64,000 nucleotides of DNA from the human T2T-CHM13v2.0 reference genome, Homo sapiens: the NCBI RefSeq assembly GCF_009914755.1, contig NC_060934.1, one strand, 5' to 3'. Of the stretch, positions 45,238 through 55,381 are shown piece after piece (within the stretch, counting starts at the first letter, position 1; every line of letters starts with the position of its first letter). The position numbers and the translations under genes were made by a program. The notes below the pieces were generated by a model. That model did not search any database. It saw only the letters and a list, made by a program, of their open reading frames with translations, and had not been told where the DNA came from.

Positions 45238-45656
45238 AGTGATAGGTTGGTTCCACAAGGAAACAAATTCTGATAAAGAGACACACGTGGTTTACTGCAG
45301 GGCTTGGGTGAGGGAAGTCATCTTGGGCAGAGGGAGATGTTGAACTATGATGCTGCTAAATCAGAGGTTTCAATGCATTCTACAGGGCTGAAAATGGCCT
45401 GTTAGAGATGTTTCAAGTTAAAACAAGAATGTTTAGCCTTTGTACCATACATTGACCAGTCACACGATATCGGCTGTGCCTGGGGAGGCGCTTGAAATTG
45501 GATGAGACAGTATCTGTCAGCTGAGAGCAACTGCTGGGGAGAAGCTAGCACCAGGTAAAACTTCTGAAATCAAAAGTAATGTTGACTGAGTTCTGAAGGA
45601 AAGACTTGCATGGTTGACTGAGTTCTGAAGGAAAGACTTGCAAGTTATATACTACA
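45238..45656 (-). mobile_element. LTR16-type (ERVL) LTR, near full length
   Basis: GATAGGTTGGTTCC..GGAAACA..GGGCAGAGGGAGATGTTGAACTATGATG..GACCAGTCA..TTCTGAAGG; 32-bp tandem duplication at 45581-45644. Confidence 0.75.
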
Positions 45657-45694
45657 GTAGAGATGGAGAGAGGATTGGGAGATATTTAGAGACT

Positions 45695-46081
45695 TGACTT
45701 CTTCCTCTACCTGACTCTATTTTTACTTTATCTTATGTAAAATGGAGACTTACTGAGCACAAGACAAATACTCTTCCACTACCCTCTCCTTTCACACGCA
45801 TCATGTGGATTCTGTGTGTGCTAATCAAACCTCACAAGCATGTGACCACTTACCTCACTATGTACCCTCCCTCTTCCTTTTTTCCTCCCTCTTTTCTTTC
45901 CTACCTGCTTTTTTCCTCTCTAAATGCTGAAATACTGAAGACTTCAAAGCTCTCTTTACAAAAAGTGGAGGCCACAGATCCTACTGTGACTTGTGTCTCT
46001 TTTTCCTGGGCCCATCCTCAACCATGGTAAAATAAACTTCTAAATTGATTGAGACCTGTCTCAAATACTTTTTGTTTCACA
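45695..46081 (+). mobile_element. ERV1 MER4-group LTR, 3' part (MER4C-like)
   Basis: TTATCTTATGTAAAATG..GGCCACAGATCCTACTGTGACTTGTGT..AAAATAAACTTCTAAATTGATTGAGACCTGTCTCA..TTTCACA. Confidence 0.75.
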
Positions 46082-46714
46082 GTATTCAACAATGTTTAGT
46101 GCTACCCAGAGCTTGAGGAAAATAGAATTAAGAAAATCCAATTGGAACTTAACAATAGGGAAGTGATTTCTGACCACAGAATGGAGATAGGATAAAAAAA
46201 TTAATGGAAACTGATTTAATGGGGACCACAACAGTGTGTCACTCTTTTAAATATTTTCTCTATGAAGGGATATGAGAAACATGTCAGGGGCTGGAGAGAA
46301 ATAGGAGACCCATGGAGGGTTTTTTTTTAATTAGTTTTAATTTTTAAAGAGTATTTGAACATTTAGGAAAGAGTGAAGCATGAACAAGGAACCAAGGTCT
46401 CTTAACAGGGGGCTGGATCAGAGTGCAACACACAACGGAGTGGTTAGATTTAAGAGGAGAAAAGACACAATTTTCCTTTTAACAGAAGAGAAATTTGAGA
46501 CAATACAAACCAATGGTGGTCAGTTTATAGTTAGTAAGTTAGTGAAAGTAATGAGGCCTAGAATCTAAGGTCAAGAGAAAAGTCAGATGGGGCTGATAGG
46601 GAAAAACCGCAGGCTGAGAATTTAACATTCAAAGTCTTTCTAACACAGTCTTTCTGCACCTCAACCATACCAGTAGTTGGTGTCTTTCTTTTCTTTGAAA
46701 TCTTTAAAATGTAT

Positions 46715-46880
46715 TGAATAAATTGAGTAAATGAGTAAATATGAGTTTTAGTAAAACATAATAAAGGACTCTAAAAGGAGCTAAAATCTTGATTTTATGA
46801 ATGAAGTATCCAAGGTTCAGAGAGGCTTCTGTGACTGACCTAATATCATACAAATGGTAAATTGTAAAATATACTGGGAA
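46715..46880 (-). mobile_element. MIR fragment
   Basis: ATTTTATGAATGAAG..AAGGTTCAGAGAGG..GTGACTGACCTAATATCATACA (MIR core, antisense). Confidence 0.55.
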
Positions 46881-46943
46881 TATAAAATATTCTGGGAAAA
46901 TGATAAGAAGCCCAAAATTGCCTGCATCCAATGTTAGGAAAAC

Positions 46944-46944
<1 letters not shown>

Positions 46945-46993
<49 letters not shown>

Positions 46994-47017
46994 CACACAC
47001 ACAACAACAACAACAAC
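46945..47017. repeat. (CA)n followed by (CAA)n microsatellite
   Basis: about 28 CA units with one CG interruption. Confidence 0.97.
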
Positions 47018-47047
47018 TAAGTAAATGAATGGGGAAGGAAACTATAA

Positions 47048-48612
47048 TTAAACCAAAAATAAAATTCTAAGCCCCGCAATCAATTGTATGAACCTCCTCT
47101 CTTGACCAAGAAGATGCCAAAGAAACCTGAAAAATTAGTTCGGGCCATGACTAGAAGGGGTGATAAGAAGTGCCTCACTATACCCTCCTCCCTTTGGAAT
47201 TTAGACGTAACTGACCAACATTAACGTTAAAATAGATGTCATAAGACTGACAAAATAGACTCTTCATAACAATCAGATACTAACCTCCAACCTGAGTGTG
47301 TTATACAGTCAAATGACAGATAGCAGGCCCTGAAGGAAATCAAAGCCTTTTACCCCAAAATATACTTCTTTGATAATGTTTGGAATTGCCCTGCAAAGCC
47401 ATCTCTTGTGGGTAACATTTGCATTCTGTAGATTATCTCCTTCCCTTACTGGGTTTAAGAAATTAAAATCTTTATGCCAAAGTATATATCTTTGACATAT
47501 TTTGGAATGGCCCCTCAATGCCATCTTTTGTGGGGGAAATTTGCATTCTGTTGATGATCTCCTTCCCTTACTAGGTTAAGGAAATTAATTTATCCCAAAA
47601 TATATTTCTTTGACATATTTTGAGATTACTACCATTTCGCCAACAGGCAGAAGTGGCTTTGCAAAACTGTCTTAAGCGGAGAAAATTTGCACTTGTAGAG
47701 AATCTCCATTAATGCAACCCCTTCCCCTTTCTATGCCTTTCCCTGATCCAGAAAAGACTGAGAGTCGGACACCTTTAAAAATCTGAAAATAAACATTTAC
47801 CATCTACTCTCTCTGAAGGAACGTTTTGAAGGAATGTTCATCTACACAGCAAGGCCATCTTTGCTAGCTAAGCTTCTTACTTTCTCTTTTAACCTCTCTT
47901 GCCACTAAACCTGATTTATCTATTTCTGGTCATGCTCTGAGTCTGCATAATTTACTGGCCTCAGGATAGTATATAAGTTTCTGAAACTCATTGGGAAGTT
48001 GGGTCTTTATTCTGAAGGCTCACATGGCTCACATGTACACATGTTAAATAAATTTGTATGCCTATTCTCCTATTAATCAATCTGCCTCATGTCAGTGATT
48101 TTTAGTGGACCTTTAGGGAGCTAAGACCCTATGGACCCCGCAAGGTCTTTTCCAGAAAGTCTGACACCTTTTAAGATCTGATAAGAGACACGTGCATCTA
48201 TTCTCTCTGGAGTCTGCTACTTAGAGTCATCACCTACATAACAAGAATCGGTCACTACAACCCTCTTTATCTTAACTCAAGCATTTCTTTCTGCTGACTT
48301 CAACTCTTTAGGCAAAGCTAACCTTTTTCAACCAATTGCCCATAATAAAATGTTTGAATCCACCTATCACCTGGAAACCTATTTTGAGATATCTTGCCTT
48401 TCGGGGCCAAATCAATGTTTACTTTACATGTATTAATATGTGTCTTTGTAACTTCTGTCTCCCTAAAATGTATAAAACCACATTGTAACCCAATCACCTT
48501 GGGCACATGTTCTCAGGACCTCCTGAGGCTATGTGATGGGCATGGTCACTAATATCCGGCTCAGATGAAACATCCTCAAATATTTTACAGAGTTTGGCTT
48601 TTTTCATCAATA
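47048..48612 (+). mobile_element. MER4 (D/E-like) LTR carrying a nested LTR and a ~122-bp duplication
   Basis: TAAACCAAAAATAAAATTCTAAGCCCC...TTTTACAGAGTTTGGCTTTTTTCATCAATA; 4-bp TSD ATAA at 47044-47047 and 48613-48616. Confidence 0.85.
47577..48142 (+). mobile_element. Nested ERV1 LTR (MER34/MER39-like)
   Basis: Interrupts host CCCTTACT-AGGT-CTTTTCCAG; AGGT at 47573-47576 and 48143-48146; has its own TATATAA and AATAAA and ends GACCCCGCA. Confidence 0.75.
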
Positions 48613-48684
48613 ATAAGAAAGTCAAAGATTCAGATGTAGAAGAAAATACAGCTTAAGAAGGAGGATATTACTCACAAGGGTTTA

Positions 48685-49343
48685 TGGAAGGGGAAATATA
48701 AATTAAAGTAAGAGGTTTAATTTCTCTCCTGAATATAAAGGAAGAAAGTTTTCCTTCCTTCATTTCTTAAGGCATTTACTTCAGAAAACTCTTAAGTTGT
48801 TTTCTGTCTCTTTGAAAAGCAAGTAAGTCTTTTTAAACCCTAAATAAGTCTCTTGCCAGGTTTAAGACTTAAGCATTTCTTTCCAAAAACACGGGGGCTA
48901 TCTCTTTGAAATGTAATTATCAAGATAGCACTTTTATCTCCCAGTGATTGTAGGAAGGTAGCAACCTTCACAGATGCCTTGTCCTAAGTTGCAAAAATGC
49001 TTCTTGTCATAAAGATATTATAAGTTTATTTTTCCTCTGGATAAAGCGAAACAGCAAATACAGGTGCTCACCAGGTGAACTACGTGTGACAAATGGTGCT
49101 GTTCAGTTTGATTACTTGAGGACTAGTTATTGTTTATCTTGAGAACATACATGTAATGCATTGTATCTGCTTGGCAGTATAAAAATGTAGATTTCTTTCA
49201 GTCTACAACTTCTAGCACATTGCTTGTGATGCAATTAAGTTCTGATTCAATGCTCATTTAATAATAAAATTGGTTTCTTTCTCTTCTACCTTTTCAAAGA
49301 GGTTTTCTGGGTGGGGGAAAGACTTAATTATATTTTCTCAACA
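48685..49343 (+). mobile_element. ERV1 solo LTR (MER67-like)
   Basis: TGGAAGGGGAAATATAAATT...AATTATATTTTCTCAACA; GTATAAAA and AATAAA present; 4-bp TSD TTTA at 48681-48684 and 49344-49347. Confidence 0.8.
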
Positions 49344-49349
49344 TTTACA

Positions 49350-50000
49350 ACTATGTAACGGCAAACAAAAAACTTCAAGATGAACTTAAAGACAAGAGGA
49401 AATGATGTCAGAACTAAATGAAGGGGAATAGTCCAGATAGACCTAAGTTTGAAAATTCAGTACCAAGGCAGAAGTAATAAATTAATTAGAAAAACATGGA
49501 ACAAAATAGTTATCTTGAAAAAACTCAAATACTAGGATATAGAGAGAAACAGAGATTATAAAATTAGGAAGCAAATAAAAAAATTCATGTAAGAAAATTT
49601 GTTGTTTGTGGAAAAAAAAGTTCAATAAATAATTTGTTTAAAAATATAAAAATATATTTCTAAAATTAATTTTTAAAACCTGAATATTTAAAGGGACATA
49701 CAGTATACCATAAAAAAAGACATAAAATACTAAATTCTAACTCATATACCAGTTAAGCTACAGAACTACAAGAATAAGAAAACAATTCTCCCAGGAAAGC
49801 AGAAAAATTATATGTTTTAAATTAGACTGGTTTCAGACTTTCCTGCATCAAAATTTAAAGTCAAAAGATAAATGATTAGTATCTAAAGTTTGTCAATCAA
49901 AGAAAGAATTTAGGAATGAAGAAACTGTGATTTTTTTTTAAATGGAAAGTGGTAGTAAGAAGTTAATCCATGCGAATTTAGAGTCAGTATTACTATAAAA
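49350..50000 (+). mobile_element. Ancient L1M/HAL1-like ORF1-region relic (apparently continues at ~52161-52300)
   Basis: Very A-rich; ATTAGACTGGTTTCAGACTTT resembles the ORF1 IRL-SDF motif. Confidence 0.5.
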
Positions 50001-50001
50001 T

Positions 50002-52160
50002 TATCTCAAAATAATAAGAGCTATTTATGACAAACCCATAGCCAATATCATACTAAATGGGCAAAAGCTGGAAGCATTCCCTTGAAAAAACAGCACAAGA
50101 CAAGGATGCCCTCTCTCACCACTTCTATTCAACATAGTATTGGAAGTTCTGGCCAGAGCAATCAGGCAAGAGAAAGAAATAAAGGGTATTCAAATAGGAA
50201 CAGAGGAAGTCAAATTGTCTATGTTTGCAGATGACATGATTGTATATTCAGAAAACCCCATCATCTCAGCCCAAAAACTCCATAAGCTGACAAAAAACTT
50301 CGGCAAAGTCTCAGGATAAAAAATCAATATGCAAAAATCACAAACATTCCTATACACCAATAATAGACAGCCAAATCATGAGTGAACTCCCATTCACAAT
50401 TGCTACAAAGAAAATAAAATACCAAGGAATACAACTTACAAGGGATGTGAAGGACCTCTTCAAGAACTACAAACCACTGCTCAAGAATAAGAGAGGACAC
50501 AAACAAATGGAAAAACAAATGCTCATGGACAGGAAGAATCAATATTGTGAAAATGGCCACACTGCCAAAAGTGATTAACAGATTCAATGCTATTTCCATC
50601 AAGCTACCCTTGACTTTCTTCACAGAACTAGAAAGAAACTGCTTTAAATTTCATACAGAACTAAAAAGGAGCCCGTATAGCCACAAGAATCCTAAGCAAA
50701 AAGAACACAGCTGAAGGCATCATGCTACCTGACTTCAAACAATACTATAAGGCTACAGTAACCAAAACTGCGTGGTACTGGTACCAAAACAGAGATATAG
50801 ACCAATGGAACAGAACAGAGGCCTCAGAAATAACACCACACATCTACAACTATCTGATCTTTGACAAACCTGACAAAACAAGCAATGGGGAAAGATTCCC
50901 TATTTCATAAATGGTGCTGGGAAAACTGGCTAGCCATGTGGAGAAAACAGAAACTGGACACCTTCCTGACACCTTATACAAAAATTAACTCAAGATGGAT
51001 TAAAGACTTAAACATAAAACCTAAAACCATAAAAACCCTAGAAGAAAACCTAGGCAATACCATTTGGGACATAGGCATGGGCAAAGACCTCATGAATAAA
51101 ACACCAAAAGCAATTGCAACAAAAGCCAAAATTGATAAATGGGATCCAATTAAAATTATGAGCTTGCTCACCAAAAGAAACTATCAACAGAGCGAACAGG
51201 CAACCTACAGAATGGGAGAAAATTTTTGCAATCTATCCATCTGACAAAGGGCTAAAATCCAGAATCTACAAGGAACTTAAACAAATTTATGAGAAAGAAA
51301 CAAACAACTTCATCACAAAGCAGGCAAATGATATGAACAGACACTTCTCAAAAGAAAACATTTATGTGGCCAACAAACATATGAAAAACAGCTTATCATC
51401 TTTGGTCATTAGAGAAATGAAAATCCAAACCATAATGAGATACCATCTCACTCCAGCTAGCATGGCAATCATTAGAGTGTGGAAACAAGAGATGCTGGCA
51501 AGGATGCAGAGAAATAGGGACACTTTTACACGGTTGGTGGGAGTGTAAATGAGTTCAACCATTGTGGAAGACAGTGTGGTGATTCCCCAAGGATCTAGAA
51601 CCAGAAATACCATTTGACCCAGCAATCCCATTACTGGGTATATACCCAAAGGATTATAACTCATTCTACTACAAAGACTCATCCACCCATGTCTTTATTG
51701 AGGCACTATTCACAATAGAAAAGACTAGGAACCAACCCAAATGCCCATTAGTGATAGACTGGATAAAGAGAATGTGGCACATATACACCAAGGAATACTA
51801 TGCAGCCATAAAAAAGAATGAGTTCATGTCCTTTGCAGGGACATGGATGAAGTTGAAAACCATCATGCTCAGCAAACTAACATAGGAACAGAAAACCAAA
51901 CACCGCATGTTCTCACTCATAAGCGGGAGCTGAACAACGAGAACATGTGGACACAGGGAATGGAACATCACATACGAGGGACTGTCATGGGGTGGGGGAA
52001 AGGGGAGGGAGAGCATTAGGACAAATACCTAATGCATGCAGAGCTTAATACCTAGATGTCAGGTTGATAGGTGCAGCAAACCACCATGGCACATATCCAC
52101 CTATGTTACAAACTTGCATGTTCAGCACATGTATCCCAGAACTTAAAAAAAAAAAAAAAA
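50002..52160 (+). mobile_element. 5'-truncated L1PA7/8-type LINE-1
   Basis: RT to 3' end (TTTGCAGATGAC at ~50224); 3' UTR GGAGAGCATTAGGACAAATACCTAATGCATGC..GCAGCAAACCACCATGGCAC; A16 tail; no convincing TSD. Confidence 0.93.
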
Positions 52161-52659
52161 GTTATGGTTATATAACAAAATGTCAAAAACCTTGTCAGTG
52201 TAAAAATATTAACATAACTATGAAAAATCAGGAAATAGAGAAAAGGGATTTTAGCAGCTAGTGTGAAAAGCTGCCCTTAAAAGAGTATTTTAGGAAATGG
52301 TACATCTTATGACAAGATAACATTTATTTGAATTTCAGCCATCACTACAGTTTGTTCTCCTTATAAGTTAAGTAAATTTATATTTAAAACATTTTATTAC
52401 ATTTTTAATAAAATGTGATCTCATTCTTAGAATTTTTAATAAATGTGGATCTACCTATATGCACACTTAAATACTTAGAGAGTTATGTGGATTCGTGCTC
52501 ACTTAATATAAACATTAGTTTATTTTAAGTTGCAATTTCATTTTGATATTTTTCATCATTATTTGAAATCTTGGTTTTGGAAGGAGCATACAACATTTAA
52601 CAAAAAGAAAATTAAGCACTAATAAATAGATGAGATTTTACATTGGTTAATTCTAGAGT

Positions 52660-53090
52660 TAAAATACAGAATACTATTCATTTTTAAATATATCACACAT
52701 AACTAAATTCTCCCTTAAGTATGTCTTTCACCATCTGCAATCCTAGATACTTTCCAGAGGTTCTCATTGTTATCATTTTGATATTCCCCCTTCCACATTC
52801 ATTTCTATACATATAAATGCATGCATGTATTTGCATATTCAGTATTACTTTAGGGTTTACTTAATTATTTCAAATTGCTTATATTCTACAATTTTCTGTT
52901 TTCATTCAATATTAAGTTTTAGAAATCTTTTCACACCATTATGTAATGATGATATATCCACATTATAGAATATTTCACATAATGATTTATTTAGCTATTT
53001 TCTTATATTTTCTAATTTCAGTATTTCCTATTCTTTTCTATTACAAGAAATGCTACAATGAGCATCATTGTAAATATTTTCTTAGAGCTT
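52660..53090 (-). mobile_element. L1ME-type 3' fragment
   Basis: T-rich relic ending TTACAAGAAATGCTACAATGAGCATCATTGTAAATAT. Confidence 0.55.
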
Positions 53091-54180
53091 CAGATTCTGA
53101 AGAATGACAAGCTGTCAGTCTGACTCCCTCTGCACTCTTTAAGATGCAATGGAGGTCTGTTCCAAGATGGTCAAATAGGAACAGCTCTGGTCTGCAGCTC
53201 CTAGCAGGATCGATGCAGAAGACGGGTGATTTCTGCATTTCTAACTGAGGTACCTGGTTCATTTCATTGGAACTGGTTGGAAAGTGCGTGCAGCCCTTGG
53301 AGGGCAAGCTGAAGCAGAGCAGGACATCACCTCACCCGGGAAGCGTATGGGGTTGGGGGGTTTTCCCTTTCCTAGCAAAGGGAAGCCATGACAGACTGTA
53401 TCAGGAAAATTGGGACATGCCACATAAACATTGCACTTTTCCAAGGGTCTTAGCAAATGGCACACCAGGAGATTATATCCAGTGCCTGACTCAGTGGGTC
53501 CCACACCCACGGAGCCTTGCTCGCTGCTAGTCCCAGATCGAACTGTGAGGCCGCAAGCCTGGCTGGGGGAGGGGCATCTGCCATTGCTGAGGCTTCAGTA
53601 GGGAAACAAAGTGGCCTGTAAGCTCGAACTGGGTGTAGGCCACCGCAGCTCAATGAGGCCCACCTGCCTCTGTAGACTCCACCTCTGGGGGCAGGGCATA
53701 GCAGAACAAAAGGCAGAAGAAACTTCTGCAGACTTAAATGCCCCTGTCTGAAAGCTTTGAAGAGAACAGTGGTTCTCCCAGCACGGTGTTTGAGCTCTAA
53801 GAATGGACAGACCGCCTCCTCAAGTGGGTCCCTGACCTCCATGTAGCCTAACTTGGAGACACCTCCCAGTAGGGGCCATCTGACACCTCATATGGCCGGG
53901 TGCCCCTCTAAGACGAAGCTTCCAGAGGAAGGGTCAGGCAGCAATATTTGCTATGCTGCAATATTTGCTGTTCTGCAGCCTCTGCTGGTCATACCCAGGA
54001 AAACAGGGTCTGGAGTGGACCTCCAGCAAACTCCAACAGGCCTGCAGCTGAGAGACCTGACTGTTAGAAGGAAAACTAACAAACAGAAAGGAATAGCATC
54101 AACATCAACAAAAAGGACATGCACACCAAAACCCCATCTGTCACCATCATCAAAAACCAAAGGTAGGTAAAACCACAAAG

Positions 54181-55319
54181 ATGGGAGAAACCAGAGCAGA
54201 AAAGCTGAAAATTCTAAAAACCAGAGCGCCCTTTCTCCTCCAAACGTTCACAGCTCCTTGCCAGCAACAGAACAAATCAGGATGGAGAATGACTTTGATG
54301 AGTTGACAGAAGTAGGCTTCAAAAAGTTGGTAATAACAAACTTCTTCAAGCTAAAGGAGGATGTTTGAACCCATCCAAAGGAAGCTAAAAAGGCTTCAGT
54401 AGGTAAACAAAGCGGCCTGGAAGGTTGAACTGGGTGGAGCCCACCGCAGCTCAATGAGGCATGCCTGCCTTGAAAAAAGATTAGACGAATGGCTAACTAG
54501 AATAAACAGTGTAGAGAAGACATTAAATGACCTGATGGAGCTGAAAACCATGGCACGAGAACTATGTGATGCATGCACAAGTTTCAGTAGCCGATTCAAT
54601 CATCTGGAAGAAAAGGTATCAGTGATTGAAGATCAAATTAATGAAATGAGGTGAGAAGAGAAGTTTAGAGGAAAAAAAAGTAAAATGAAAAGAACAAAGC
54701 CTCCAAGAAATATGGGACTATGTGAAAATATCAAATCTACGTTTCATTGGTATACCTGAAAGTGACAGGGAGAATAGAACCAAGCTGGAAAATACTCTTC
54801 AGGATATTATCCAGAACTTCCCCAACATAGCGAGGCTGGCCAACATTCAAATTCAGGAAATATGGAGAACAACACAAAGATACTCCTCTAGAAAAGCAAC
54901 CCCAAGACACATAATTGTCAGATTCACCAAGGTTGAAATGAAGGAAAAAATGTTAAGGGCAACCAGAGAGAAAGGTCAGGTTACCCACAAAGGGAAGCCC
55001 ATCAGACTAACAGCAGATCTCTTGGCAGAAACCCTACAAGCCAGAAGAGAGTGGGGGCCAATATTCAACATTCTTAAAGAAAAGAATTTTCAACCCAGAA
55101 TTTCATATCCAGCCAAACTAAGCTTCATAAGTGAAGGAGAAATAAAATCCTTTACAGACAAGCAAATGCTGAGAGATTTTGTCGCCACCAGGCCTGACCT
55201 ACAAGAGCTCCTGAAGGAAGCACTAAACATGGGAAGGAAGCACTAGACATGGGAAGGAAACACTAAACATGGAAAGGAACAACCGGTACCAGCCACTGCA
55301 AAAACATGCCAAATTGTAA
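54181..55319 (+). pseudogene. ORF1: L1 ORF1p pseudogene with a 76-bp insertion and a 20-bp triplication
   Basis: ATG at 54181; fragments LEKRLDEWLTRI.. and RHIIVRFTKVEMKEK..ARREWG. Confidence 0.93.
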
Positions 55320-55381
55320 AGACCATTGATGCTGGGAAGAAATGCATCAACTAATGGGCAAAATAACCAGCTAACATCATA

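Noticed and set aside
47331-47700. Repeat-spacer-like array (CRISPR-like)
   Set aside because: Units are contiguous diverged LTR sequence without unique spacers; eukaryotic context with no cas genes
53450-53842. ORF0 in the second L1
   Set aside because: MADAPPPA.. shifts out of the ORF0 frame within about 10-20 codons
53941-53975. GCAATATTTGCT tandem repeat in the L1 5' UTR
   Set aside because: A similar doublet exists at 25885-25918 and is, to my recollection, part of the subfamily consensus
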